Notes under the pieces: generated by a model
What the model was told of the DNA's origin: nothing
Databases searched by the model: none
The model's input: the letters and a program-made list of their open reading frames with translations, nothing else
In this document: positions 44,015 to 53,381 of the stretch, in pieces
Position numbering within the stretch: position 1 is the stretch's first letter
Layout: each line of letters opens with the position of its first letter
Position numbers and translations under genes: made by a program
Source of the DNA: an uncultured Desulfuromonadales bacterium
GTDB lineage: Bacteria; Desulfobacterota; Desulfuromonadia; Desulfuromonadales; CAZYXS01
Direction: 5' to 3'
Length of the DNA: 53,381 nucleotides
NCBI GenBank assembly: GCA_964650955.1
Contig: CAZYXS010000002.1
Span: 1-53,381, forward strand

Positions 44015-44683
44015 ATGCCGGCGCCGGGGAAGGTCGACTTTTCGCTCTACCTGATCACCGACCGCCTCGGGCTCCCTCCGGGACGCTCCCTGGTGGAGGC
44101 CGTGGCCGCCGCCCTGGCCGGCGGGGTACGGGCCGTGCAACTGCGGGAAAAGGATCTTTCCCCCCGCGAGCTCTACCCCCTGGCCCGCGAGCTGCGCGCC
44201 CTCACCCGCCGCCACGGCGCCCGGCTGCTGATCAACGACCGCATCGACCTCGCCCAGGCGGTGGCCGCCGACGGTGTCCACCTGGCCGGCACCTCCCTCC
44301 CCACCACCGTGGCCCGCGGCCTGCTCGGCCCGCAGCCGCTGATCGGCGTTTCCACCCATCACCATGACGAGGTGTTGGCCGCCGCCCGCGACGGCGCAGA
44401 TTTCGTCACCTTCGGTCCGGTCTACGCCACCCCCTCCAAAGCCGCCTACGGTCCCCCGGTCGGACTCGACGCCCTGCGCGCCGCCTGCGCCGTCGCCCCC
44501 CTGCCCGTCTTTGCCCTCGGCGGGGTCAAGGCCGAGCACATCCCCACCCTGCGAGCCGCCGGCGCTTTAGGCATCGCCCTCATCTCCGCCATCCTCGCCG
44601 CCGCCGATCCACAGCGGGCCGCCTCTGCCCTGCTCGAACACCTGCAGGAATCGGCCCCTCGCAGATCCGTCCGTCCCTCCTAA
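44015..44683 (+). CDS. thiE: thiamine-phosphate synthase
   Basis: 222 aa. LYLITD, VQLREK, LLINDRIDLA...ADGVHL, IGVSTH, GADFVTFGPVYATPSK and FALGG are ThiE motifs. Confidence 0.9.
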   Translation: MPAPGKVDFSLYLITDRLGLPPGRSLVEAVAAALAGGVRAVQLREKDLSPRELYPLARELRALTRRHGARLLINDRIDLAQAVAADGVHLAGTSLPTTVARGLLGPQPLIGVSTHHHDEVLAAARDGADFVTFGPVYATPSKAAYGPPVGLDALRAACAVAPLPVFALGGVKAEHIPTLRAAGALGIALISAILAAADPQRAASALLEHLQESAPRRSVRPS

Positions 44684-44820
44684 CCCCGCCAGTGCCGGAT
44701 CCGGCAACATCCGCCGCGGTTCAGCCAAGGATCGAGAGCCATGCAACGCCTGCACGAAAAGGATTTCATGGTATATTTTCCTCTGCAAATGTTCCAGCGC
44801 CCCCGCGCGAAGGAGTTTTC

Positions 44821-46914
44821 ATGCCGGCCAAGTCCTCCCGCATCCCCCCCGAGCAGAATACCAATCTCGACTGGATGACCCGCTGGCCGCAACCGGTCCT
44901 GCTGCTGGATGGGGTCGGGCTGGTCCACACCATGAATCAGGCGGCGCAGCAGCTGCTTGGCTGGTCCACTGAGGAACTGATCGGTCGCCCCCCCCCGGTA
45001 TCGGCGCTGGTGGGCAACAGCGCACCGGCACTACCCTTGTCGCGGATGCTGCACCATGGCAGCCTAGGGCCCATAAGCGGTTTTGCCCAGCACCGGGACG
45101 GCCGCTCCCTGGCGGTGGAATTGACCGCCGCCCCCTTGCATGGCAGCGTCACCTCCAACCCCAGCTTCCTGTTGATGGTCAATCCCGCCCCGCCGCGCCC
45201 GCAAGGGGCAAGCTGCAACCTCTCTGGCGACCAGTTCGCCCGGGAAGCCCTTGACGCGCTGCCCCAGCACATCGCCATTCTCGATTCCGAGGGGGTCATC
45301 CTCAACGTCAACAAGGCCTGGCGCCAATTCGCCAGTGCCAACGGCGGCAGCCCTGCCGCCACCTGCGAAGGGGCCAACTATCTGCAGGTCAGCCTGGCGG
45401 CCGGCCAGGAGGGGTGCCAGGAGGGCACGGCCTTCGTGGAGGGTATCCGTGCGGTGCTCGACGGGGTGCTGCTGGAGTTTTCCCTGGAGTACAGCTGTCA
45501 CACCCCCGAGCATCCCTGCTGGTTTCTGGGGGTGGTCACCGCCATGCCCGGGCCGGGACAGGCCCGCATCGTGGTGGCCCACGAGAACATCACCCAACTC
45601 AAGCAGGCCGAGAGCGCCATCGAGCGACTGGCCTACTACGACAGCCTGACCAAGCTCCCCAACCGCTGGCTGTTCCAGGACCGCCTCAACCAGACCCTGG
45701 CCCAGGCCCGCCGCGAAAATCAGCTGGTGGGGCTGGTGTTTCTCGACCTGGACCGGTTCAAGAACATCAACGACACCCTCGGCCATAGCGCCGGCGACGA
45801 ACTGCTCAAAGAGGTGGGGCGGCGGCTCAAGGGGTGCATTCGCCGCAGCGACACCATCGCCCGCCTGGGAGGAGACGAATTCGTCATCATCCTGCCGGCC
45901 ATCAACCAGACCGAGGATGCGACCCTCATCGCCCGCAAGATCCTGCAGGCCTTCACCCCGCCGGTGGACCTCTCCGGCCACGAGGTCTTCATCACCACCA
46001 GCATCGGCATCGCCATCTACCCCAACGACGGCCAGGACTCGGAAAACCTGGTGCGCAACGCCGACACGGCCATGTACCAGGCCAAGGAGCTGGGGCGCAA
46101 CAACTACCAGTTCTTCTCTCCGGAGATGAACCGCAAGGTGCAGGAGTTCCTCAACCTGGAAACCTCTCTGCGGCGGGCTCTTACCCGCCAGGAATTCCTG
46201 CTGCACTACCAAGGGATCTACGACCTGACCAGCGGGGCACTGACCGGTATCGAAGCGCTGCTGCGCTGGCAGCATCCCGAATGGGGTCTGGTTTATCCCC
46301 TGGAGTTTTTGACGGTGGCCGAAGAGACGGGGTTGATCCAACCGCTGGGGGACTGGGTGCTGAGTACCGCGGCCAGGCAATGGCGGGACTGGCAAAAGGA
46401 AGGATTCACGCCGCCACCGATGACCGTTCGGTTGGCCCTCAAACAGGCCCGGCACCCGCGCCTGGTCGAAACGGTGGGACGGGCTTTGGAGGAATGCGGG
46501 CTGAGGGCGGAATCTCTGGTGCTGAGACTGGGGCCTGGAACCCTGGCGGACGGTGATGGCACACTGCAGAACAACCTGCGCCTGCTGCGGGCCCTGGGAG
46601 TACAGCTCTACCTGGATGATTTCGGCAGCGGAGAAAGCGCCTTCGCCGCCCTGCGGCAACACCCGGTCAACGGGGTCAAGATCGATCAGAGTTTGATCCG
46701 CGACCTGCCGGCGGACGCCGACGCTGCGGCCATCGTGCATACCGTCATCGACCTGGCCCATGCCAGGAACATCCGCATCATCGCCGAGGGGATCGTCGCC
46801 GAGGAGCAGCTGAGTTTTCTACGTCAGCACCATTGCGACGAGGGGCAGGGGTACATCTTCGGCCGCCCCCAATCCGCCAATGAATTCGCCAAGGCCCTGG
46901 CGTCCCCCCCGTAA
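44821..46914 (+). CDS. PAS-PAS-GGDEF-EAL signalling protein (c-di-GMP turnover)
   Basis: ATG 44821 with AAGGAG RBS; track start GTG 44692 is an extension. GGDEF domain: RLGGDEFVIIL. EAL domain: GIEALLRW, YLDDFGSGES, KIDQSLI. Two N-terminal PAS-like segments. Confidence 0.85.
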   Translation: MPAKSSRIPPEQNTNLDWMTRWPQPVLLLDGVGLVHTMNQAAQQLLGWSTEELIGRPPPVSALVGNSAPALPLSRMLHHGSLGPISGFAQHRDGRSLAVELTAAPLHGSVTSNPSFLLMVNPAPPRPQGASCNLSGDQFAREALDALPQHIAILDSEGVILNVNKAWRQFASANGGSPAATCEGANYLQVSLAAGQEGCQEGTAFVEGIRAVLDGVLLEFSLEYSCHTPEHPCWFLGVVTAMPGPGQARIVVAHENITQLKQAESAIERLAYYDSLTKLPNRWLFQDRLNQTLAQARRENQLVGLVFLDLDRFKNINDTLGHSAGDELLKEVGRRLKGCIRRSDTIARLGGDEFVIILPAINQTEDATLIARKILQAFTPPVDLSGHEVFITTSIGIAIYPNDGQDSENLVRNADTAMYQAKELGRNNYQFFSPEMNRKVQEFLNLETSLRRALTRQEFLLHYQGIYDLTSGALTGIEALLRWQHPEWGLVYPLEFLTVAEETGLIQPLGDWVLSTAARQWRDWQKEGFTPPPMTVRLALKQARHPRLVETVGRALEECGLRAESLVLRLGPGTLADGDGTLQNNLRLLRALGVQLYLDDFGSGESAFAALRQHPVNGVKIDQSLIRDLPADADAAAIVHTVIDLAHARNIRIIAEGIVAEEQLSFLRQHHCDEGQGYIFGRPQSANEFAKALASPP

Positions 46915-46925
46915 TCCCACCGTGA

Positions 46926-47813
46926 TCAGAAAAATTCCTCTTCGTAGTCGGGAACTTCGGCAAACCAGCGAGGATGCCGGCGCGCCTCGGCCAGGGCCAT
47001 TTCGGCCTGGGCGACGATGCGTTCCCGGTCCTTGGGATAACTTCCGGCCAGGTGCAGGATGTTGGAGACATGGTTGGAACGCAGAATGGTGCGCTGGGGG
47101 GCGAGACGGCGGACGATGGCGAGGGCCTCCTCGATCACCTGGCCGTTGCTCAAGGGGCGGATTTCCTGGAAATAGCTGTCGTTATGCCGGCGGAACATGG
47201 TCAGCAGGGAGAAATATTCCGGAGAAAGAGCATTGATCCAGTCGGCGGTGGCCTCGGCATGCTCGAGGCTGCGCTCCTGCCCGGCCAGACCGAGGATGGC
47301 AGTGACGGAGAGTTTGAGCCCGGCCAGTTGGGCGGTGCGACACAACTCCAGCATCTGCTCCGGTGCGAAGCCTTTGCGGGCCAACCGCAAGGTCTCGGCA
47401 TCGCCGCTCTCGAGGCCGAAATAGAGGATACGCACCTTTTTCTGCCGTAGCACCTCCAACTCCTGCAGCGACTTGGTGGTCAGGCTGTTGGGGGAGGCAT
47501 AGAGACCGACCCGGGTCAGGTTGGGGAAATTGCTGGCCAGTGCATCCAGCAGTTCAACCAACCCCTGCTGGGGGTAAACCAGGGCATCGCCATCGGCCAG
47601 AAATACCCGCTGAATGTGCTGGCGATGGTGAGCCGGTACGCTGGCGATCTCCCGCAGGATTTCATCCACCGGCCGGATGCGGAATTGTTTCATCTTGTAC
47701 ATTCCGCAAAAACCGCAGCTGTTCTGGCTGCAGCCGATGGTGATCTGAAAAATCAGGCTGCCGGCCTCGCTGGGAGGACGAAAAACCGGTTCCTGGTAAT
47801 CGAAGTAATACAC
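46926..47813 (-). CDS. radical SAM-like protein with CX4CX2C cluster motif
   Basis: GTG start with AAAGGA RBS. ITIGCSQNSCGFCGMY, VFLADGDAL and LYFGLESGDAETL are radical SAM core-like. The Cys spacing is one residue longer than canonical. Confidence 0.7.
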   Translation of the reverse strand: MYYFDYQEPVFRPPSEAGSLIFQITIGCSQNSCGFCGMYKMKQFRIRPVDEILREIASVPAHHRQHIQRVFLADGDALVYPQQGLVELLDALASNFPNLTRVGLYASPNSLTTKSLQELEVLRQKKVRILYFGLESGDAETLRLARKGFAPEQMLELCRTAQLAGLKLSVTAILGLAGQERSLEHAEATADWINALSPEYFSLLTMFRRHNDSYFQEIRPLSNGQVIEEALAIVRRLAPQRTILRSNHVSNILHLAGSYPKDRERIVAQAEMALAEARRHPRWFAEVPDYEEEFF

Positions 47814-47826
47814 ACCGGGTCCTTTC

Positions 47827-50799
47827 TCAAGACGGGGTCGGGGGCAGCGCCTCCGGCAACCAGCGACCGATCATGGCCAGCAGTTCCTTCTGTTTGAAAG
47901 GCTTGCCGAGGTAGTCGTTCATGCCGGCCTGGCGGCAGAGCTGGGGGTCATCCTTCTGGGCACGGGCAGTCAGGGCGACAATGGGTGTTTCGCAGCCCAA
48001 TGCCCGCAGCCGCCGGGTCGTTTCGAGCCCGTCGATGCCGGGCATCTGGCAATCCATCAGCACCAGGTCAAAGGCATCGGCCCGCCATTGGGAAAGAGCC
48101 TGCTCCCCGCTGGCCACGGCGGTCAGATGGCATCCCAAGCGGTTGACCATGGCCGCGACCAGATCGCGGGTGACGGCATTGTCCTCCACCAACAGGATCC
48201 GGTTGCCACCCTGGCCAGACCAAGAACTCCCCAGAGCCTGGGGGAAAACCGCTTCGGCAGTCTTGGCCTGGCCGCCCAGCAACACCTCCACCAAACCCGC
48301 CAGGTGGACCGGTTTGGGCAAAACCTTGAGGGCGGGATCCAGGTCGCGGTCCAACTTGTCCAGCTCTCTTTGCGAACCGAGCAGGGCAACCGGCCGCCTA
48401 GTCTCGAGCAGGCCGCGGCAGAATTCCACCAATCCGCTTCCATCGGAAGTCCGCTCCTGGGCCAGATCGACCAGCACCACGGACCAACTTCCGGCGTCCG
48501 CCGCCAAACGCGTCAAGGCGGAAAAACGATCGGAAACCCGGATCAGACTCTGGTCCAGCAGGCGCAACTGGTCCCGCAACCCCTCCTCCAGAGAGGCATT
48601 GCCCGTCAGCAAAAGCACCCGCCCCGGCAGCCTGGGCCTGATGGGTGGTCCGGTGCTGGCCAACAATTTCAGCGGCAGGTTGAACCAGAAACTGCTGCCC
48701 ACCCCAGGTTCGCTTTGCACACCGAGGGTCCCTCCCAGCAAGTTCACCAATTGCCTGACAATGGCCAACCCCAAACCGGCCCCGCCGTAGGAACTGCCGA
48801 GGGAAGGATCGCCTTGGGCAGAGTTCTCGAAAATGGTCCTTTGAACCGCAGGCTCGATACCAATGCCGGTATCGCTCACGGTAAACCGAATGGTGACCTT
48901 GTCGGCCCCCAGCTGCAACAGTTCGGCCCGCAGCACCACCTCCCCCTTGGAAGTGAACCTGATGGCATTGTTCACCAGGTTCAGAAGCACCTGGCGCAAC
49001 CGCCGCGGATCCCCTTCCACCTCCAGTCCGGCCAAAGCCGCCAGCTGGTAGACAAACTCGAGGCCTTTGGCCTGCGCTGCCACCGCCGCCGACTGCAGCT
49101 CGGTTTCCACCACCTCCAGCAGGGAAAACTGCTGACGCTCCAGGACAAGACGACCCGTCTCGACCCGGGAGAGGTCCAGAAGATCATCGAGCATCCCCAG
49201 CAGTTGCTTGCCAGTTTCCCGAATCTGCAAGGTCAACTGTTGCTGCGAAGGCTCCAATACGCTTTCGAGCAGTTGCTCGTTCAATTCCAGCACCCCCGTC
49301 AACGGAGCGCGAATTTCATGACTCAGGTTGGCCAGCAACCGGGTTTTTGCCAGGTTTGCCCCTTCGGCCCGTTCCGCCAGTTCGTTGGCGGCCAACAGGG
49401 ATTCCCGCAGATCGGCGGTGCGCAACCCGACCTCCTCCGACAGGGCCTGCCGTTGTTGCGCCATTTCCAACAACAACCGATGGTTGTGAATGTGCATCCC
49501 GATTACCGGTGCGACCCCGAGCAACACGCTGATGTCGCTCTGCAGCAGCACCCTGTCGCTGGGCAATCGATCGACCACCAGCAGCCCGACCAAGGCCTGG
49601 TGCGCCAGGATGGGACATGCCACCAGACTGTCGAGGTGGAGGGATTTGCGCAAACCGGGAGTCAGAGCGGAAATCAATGCCTCCAACTCCCCCTTGCCCG
49701 CCACCAGCACCGCAGGACTGGCAGCCGGGTCCCTCCAGGCGGCCGCAGGGGTCATAACGAAGCGGGCCTGGCCCAATCCGGCCAGTTCAGCGGATGACCA
49801 ACCGTACCCCCCCCGGAAACTCAAACGGCCGCCCTCCTCCGCCAGGAACAGCATGCCTCGGGCAAAATCGGTCTTTTCGGCCAGGACCTTCAAAATGCCC
49901 TCGAGGGTCTGGTCGAAATCCGCATCGAAATTGACCACCCGCCCGAGTTCGGAATTGAGCTGGGCATTCTTGTAGGTAAGGTCGATCTGGTCGAGTAGTT
50001 TGGCATGGACATCGCGCTGATCGTCCAGATGGGCATGAAACCGCCTACGCTCCCGCCGCGAGACCAGCACATTGAGACCCAGCGCAATGGTCGGCAGTGC
50101 CACCATGACCAACCAGAAGAGGTTCCCGGACAACAACCAGGTTGCCAGCAACCCCGCACAGACCAGGCCCGCATAGGTCAGCAATTGCCCCCTTTTGGAG
50201 GGGAATCCCGGGGCATCCTCCCAGGAGATGTCATAGCGGCAGCATTTCCCCCCCTCGAACAGGCACTCGGGATGATCGATTTTAGGGAGGGCGCCATGGA
50301 AAAACAGCGCCGGGGATTCGAGAAAACCCTTGCGGTTCAAACACTGGAACGGATTTTCGGCCACACCGAGATAGGGGGTCACGGTGATTTCCACCCGGTT
50401 GGGTCCTAAAGTCTGGCAACTGTAGGCCGAAGATCTGGTCACCTTGCCGGCCAGCTTGCCCACCATGGCATAGACCTGGGACAGGGACAGAAAACTGAGC
50501 AGATAATGGCGAAAGGCCCCCATACCCTCGGAGCTGATGACGAACCGGCCCACTTCCCGGGGAATGTCGGTATTACCGGTCAGCTGCCCCATGCGTTCAT
50601 GGAACCGGTTGATCTGGCTCTGGCTGAACCAATGGCCCTGATCGGCCACCTGCCAGGATTCCATGCCGGCATGGGCGAACAGCTCCTCCGGGTCGACCTG
50701 GGGATAATACTTCTCCAGGTACCTGACATAATTGTTGACGATCCGGCTGTTGTACAGCAGGGGCTCGGGCCGGATGGTCTTAGGATCAGCGGGTTTCAC
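47827..50799 (-). CDS. hybrid sensor histidine kinase / response regulator (V4R-like N-domain, 2 TM, GAF, HisKA, HATPase, pseudo-REC, REC)
   Basis: 990 aa. GTG start with GGAGA RBS. H-box SHEIRAPLTGV, ATPase GGAGLGLAIV, C-terminal REC RILLVEDN...LVLMDCQMPGIDG...KP. The N-terminal ~190 aa ends in HPECLFEGGKCCRYDISWED. Confidence 0.9.
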   Translation of the reverse strand: MKPADPKTIRPEPLLYNSRIVNNYVRYLEKYYPQVDPEELFAHAGMESWQVADQGHWFSQSQINRFHERMGQLTGNTDIPREVGRFVISSEGMGAFRHYLLSFLSLSQVYAMVGKLAGKVTRSSAYSCQTLGPNRVEITVTPYLGVAENPFQCLNRKGFLESPALFFHGALPKIDHPECLFEGGKCCRYDISWEDAPGFPSKRGQLLTYAGLVCAGLLATWLLSGNLFWLVMVALPTIALGLNVLVSRRERRRFHAHLDDQRDVHAKLLDQIDLTYKNAQLNSELGRVVNFDADFDQTLEGILKVLAEKTDFARGMLFLAEEGGRLSFRGGYGWSSAELAGLGQARFVMTPAAAWRDPAASPAVLVAGKGELEALISALTPGLRKSLHLDSLVACPILAHQALVGLLVVDRLPSDRVLLQSDISVLLGVAPVIGMHIHNHRLLLEMAQQRQALSEEVGLRTADLRESLLAANELAERAEGANLAKTRLLANLSHEIRAPLTGVLELNEQLLESVLEPSQQQLTLQIRETGKQLLGMLDDLLDLSRVETGRLVLERQQFSLLEVVETELQSAAVAAQAKGLEFVYQLAALAGLEVEGDPRRLRQVLLNLVNNAIRFTSKGEVVLRAELLQLGADKVTIRFTVSDTGIGIEPAVQRTIFENSAQGDPSLGSSYGGAGLGLAIVRQLVNLLGGTLGVQSEPGVGSSFWFNLPLKLLASTGPPIRPRLPGRVLLLTGNASLEEGLRDQLRLLDQSLIRVSDRFSALTRLAADAGSWSVVLVDLAQERTSDGSGLVEFCRGLLETRRPVALLGSQRELDKLDRDLDPALKVLPKPVHLAGLVEVLLGGQAKTAEAVFPQALGSSWSGQGGNRILLVEDNAVTRDLVAAMVNRLGCHLTAVASGEQALSQWRADAFDLVLMDCQMPGIDGLETTRRLRALGCETPIVALTARAQKDDPQLCRQAGMNDYLGKPFKQKELLAMIGRWLPEALPPTPS

Positions 50800-50864
50800 T
50801 TGGTCTCCAGGCGATTTTCAAAGCAAGGGGTAGCTTGGCGCAGGGGTCTTTCCACCGCGGCCGT

Positions 50865-53381
50865 TCAGGGATGGGGGCCAGCATGGACTTCGTGGGCGGC
50901 GTCCGGCAGAGTCGCTCCGGGCAACCAGCGACATATCATTGCCAGCAAATCCTTCTGCTTAAAGGGTTTGCTCAGGTAATCATCCATGCCGGCCTGGCGG
51001 CATTTTTCCTGGTCCCCCTTTTGTGCCCGGGCGGTCAGGGCAATGATCGGCACCTGGCAACCGGCAGCGCGCAACCGGGCGGTCGTCTCGACACCATCAA
51101 TACCCGGCATCTGGAAATCCATCAACACCAGGTCGAAAGTTTGGGCCACCCAGGCCTCCAGGGCCTGCTCCCCGCTCTCAACGGCGGTAAATCGGCAGCG
51201 CAGCCGTGCCACCATGGCCTCAACCAGGTCACGGGTGACGGCATTATCCTCCACCAGCAGGATGTGGCGGTCGGGCAGTCGGGGCAGCTCGGCGCCGCCA
51301 TCGCCCTGACACTGATCCGGCGGGGCGGGCACAGGCACCGTGCGTTGATCGAGCAGCCGGGTCAGTTCCTCCTGCAGCACCGGCTTGGCCAGAAATCCCG
51401 CCGAGAACTCGAGGCGGGACTGGACCTGTTGCCACTGTCGGCGGGAGCCAATCAGCGCCACCCGGCATCCCTGCCTGTCCAACTCGGCGCAGCCCTCGAC
51501 CAAATTCGTGACGCCGAGCCTCCTCTCGATACTCGCATCGACCAGAACCAACGCCCCGCAACCAGGCTCCAGGCGCCCAAGCCAGTCATGCCCCCCGGGC
51601 AGGTCCCTGGCCCATTGGGCCGGTCTGCCGAGCAGGTCGAACCAATCCTGCAAACCTTCCGCCAGGGAGGCGCAATCGCTGACCAGCAACACCGGAGATG
51701 TTTCGCTGGCCCCCGCCGCACCCCCTTCGGCCCCGGCCACCAGTTGCAACGGCTGGGTGAACCAAAAGGTGCTCCCCCGTCCGAGCTGACTTTGCAGCCC
51801 CAGAGCCCCTCCCATCAGAGTGATCAGTTGGCGGACGATGGCCAAACCCAACCCGCTGCCGCCGAAGTGCCGGCTGGTGGAATTGTCGGCCTGGGAGAAA
51901 CTGTCGAAGATATTTTGCTGGGCTGATTCGGCGATACCGATCCCCGTGTCGCGCACGGTAAAACGGACCGTCACCATTCCGCCGGCAAGATTGAGCAGTT
52001 CGGCGCCAACCACGACCTCTCCCTGCCGGGTGAACTTGATGGCGTTGCCCACCAGGTTGACCAGCACCTGCCGCAAGCGCAGCGGATCACCGGCCACCTC
52101 CAGGTTAGCCAGAGAGGCCAATTGGAAAACCAGTTCCAGTTCCTTGGCCTGGGCGGCTTCCGCCAGGGGTGCGACCGCCTGCTCCACCGCGGACAGCAAG
52201 GAAAAGTGCACCTGCTCCAAAGCCATTTTGCCCGCTTCGATGCGGGAAAAGTCGAGCAGATCGTTCAGCAAATCGAGCAGGGTCTCCCCCGATTGTTGCA
52301 CAGTGGTGGCAAGGCTGCGCTGTTGAGCGTCGAGGGGAGAATCGAGGAGCAGTTCGTTCATGCCCAGCACACCGATGAGGGGGGTGCGAAGCTCATGGCT
52401 CATATTGGCCAGAAACTGGGATTTGGCCAGATTGGCGGCTTCGGCCCGGCGGGCCAGTTCGTTGGCCGCACTGAGAGCTTCGCGCAACTCGGCGGTCCGC
52501 TCCCCAACCTGGGCCGCCAACTGGGCCTGGTGGTTGGCCATGGCTTCTATCAAGCGGGCATTGCTGATGGCCACGCCGATAGCCGGCGCCACCCCCATCA
52601 GCCGATTGAGGTCGCTGCGTTCCAGGATCCGCCGTGACACCTGGTGGTCGACCAGCAACAGGCCAAGCAAATCCCCTTCGGCGGCGATGGGGCAGAGAAT
52701 GAGAGTCTCGGCCTGCATCGCCTCCCGCAAGACCTCGATGGCAGCGGTCACCACCTCCGCAGCCTGCTCCCGCTCGTCCCACACCAGGGGTTCCCGTCGT
52801 TGGCGGAAGAAGGCCGCCAGCCCTTCGGGGTTTTTCGAGTCGAGCAGCCAGTGGATGTTGCGCACCCGGGAGACCGCCCCGGAGGAAAAGCCGAAATTGC
52901 CCCGGTAGTGCCAGCCCGAATGGTCCGGGTCGAGGAGCAGCAGCATGACCCGCTGGTCCCGCAGGTAGCGCTGCAGACTGAGCAGGACCAGGCTCAGGGT
53001 GGTTTCGATATCCCCGCCCTGGCTGATCACCTGACCGATTTCCCGGGTCAGGGCGGCACTCTGGTAATCGTGGTCGATCTGGTCCATGGCGCGGGAGTTG
53101 GCATCCCCCAGGCTCTCGATATATTGCAGCATTCGATGGCGACCGAGGTTGCCGCTGACCAGGGCGATCAAACCCAGCACGCCAATAGCGACGGGGGCCA
53201 CCACCGGCAGGGCGTAAGTCGGCTCCGCCACCATGGTCGCCAGGGCCGCCACCGCCACCGCCACCATGCTGTGGTTGCGCCGCCGCTCGAGCCGCAGGAC
53301 CTGGTTATCCTCCCAACTGATCTCGTAGCGGCAGACCTCGGCCCCGGCGAACATGCATTCGTCATGGCGGATGGTGGGCAG
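50865..53381 (-). CDS. hybrid sensor histidine kinase / response regulator, paralog of 47827-50799 (5' end beyond the window)
   Basis: The frame stays open to the window edge; my read upstream of the track Met is [25 protein letters not shown]. The architecture is the same: H-box [32 protein letters not shown]...[13 protein letters not shown]...KP. Confidence 0.9.
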   Translation of the reverse strand: MPTIRHDECMFAGAEVCRYEISWEDNQVLRLERRRNHSMVAVAVAALATMVAEPTYALPVVAPVAIGVLGLIALVSGNLGRHRMLQYIESLGDANSRAMDQIDHDYQSAALTREIGQVISQGGDIETTLSLVLLSLQRYLRDQRVMLLLLDPDHSGWHYRGNFGFSSGAVSRVRNIHWLLDSKNPEGLAAFFRQRREPLVWDEREQAAEVVTAAIEVLREAMQAETLILCPIAAEGDLLGLLLVDHQVSRRILERSDLNRLMGVAPAIGVAISNARLIEAMANHQAQLAAQVGERTAELREALSAANELARRAEAANLAKSQFLANMSHELRTPLIGVLGMNELLLDSPLDAQQRSLATTVQQSGETLLDLLNDLLDFSRIEAGKMALEQVHFSLLSAVEQAVAPLAEAAQAKELELVFQLASLANLEVAGDPLRLRQVLVNLVGNAIKFTRQGEVVVGAELLNLAGGMVTVRFTVRDTGIGIAESAQQNIFDSFSQADNSTSRHFGGSGLGLAIVRQLITLMGGALGLQSQLGRGSTFWFTQPLQLVAGAEGGAAGASETSPVLLVSDCASLAEGLQDWFDLLGRPAQWARDLPGGHDWLGRLEPGCGALVLVDASIERRLGVTNLVEGCAELDRQGCRVALIGSRRQWQQVQSRLEFSAGFLAKPVLQEELTRLLDQRTVPVPAPPDQCQGDGGAELPRLPDRHILLVEDNAVTRDLVEAMVARLRCRFTAVESGEQALEAWVAQTFDLVLMDFQMPGIDGVETTARLRAAGCQVPIIALTARAQKGDQEKCRQAGMDDYLSKPFKQKDLLAMICRWLPGATLPDAAHEVHAGPHP

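Noticed and set aside
44693-44706. 14-nt perfect palindrome TGCCGGATCCGGCA after thiE as a terminator
   Set aside because: No U-tract follows it (the sequence continues ACATCCGCCG) and the stem is short. At best it is a weak RNA hairpin, so I did not annotate it.
45064-46761. 565-aa minus-strand ORF, and likewise 48088-49797 (+), 35672-36892 (+), 37736-39130 (+), 38478-40307 (+) and 21930-23228 (-)
   Set aside because: All are antisense to genes with clear catalytic or domain motifs (GGDEF/EAL, HisKA/HATPase, PQQ repeats, permease, AAA, FG-GAP). None has its own RBS or recognisable domains.

Overview
GC-rich bacterial chromosomal window. Long antisense shadow ORFs lie opposite nearly every real gene. 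Gene content and synteny (tilS-ftsH-folP-cdaA-cdaR-glmM-pdxJ-acpS-nnr-tsaE) suggest a Desulfuromonadales/Geobacterales-type Desulfobacterota genome; that taxonomic call is inference, not a search result. There are four blocks. (1) 1-16.1 kb is a dense minus-strand housekeeping block running from lysC (partial) and lpdA through the c-di-AMP module, ftsH and tilS, two CAU-anticodon tRNAs, an epimerase, a SPOR protein, ftsB and comEA. (2) About 17.2-40.7 kb is an accessory cluster made almost entirely of exported proteins (Sec, lipobox or TAT signals) and membrane proteins. It holds four paralogous gene pairs, each a three-module carboxypeptidase-regulatory-like (transthyretin/Ig-like) protein followed by a NosD-like right-handed beta-helix protein, plus a fifth solo two-module paralog. 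Two NapH/NosH-type membrane polyferredoxins bracket the cluster. Also present are a TAT-exported DUF362 protein, an EB_dh-type haem-domain lipoprotein, a HEAT-repeat lipoprotein, an FG-GAP/ASPIC protein, a fused membrane/spermidine-synthase-like protein, an ArsP-type permease, an FmdE-like protein and an AAA+ protein with degenerate catalytic motifs. I recognise no catalytic terminal enzyme in it, so this is my best candidate for an undescribed system. (3) 40.8-44.7 kb is a TPP-riboswitch-controlled thiF-thiS-thiG-thiH-thiE operon with two odd intercistronic repeats. (4) 44.8-53.4 kb is a signalling block: a PAS-GGDEF-EAL protein, a radical SAM protein with atypical Cys spacing, and two tandem paralogous hybrid histidine kinases (the second runs off the window). 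I saw no rRNA, CRISPR array, transposase or integrase. All product calls come from motif recognition in the translated ORFs, not from database searches.
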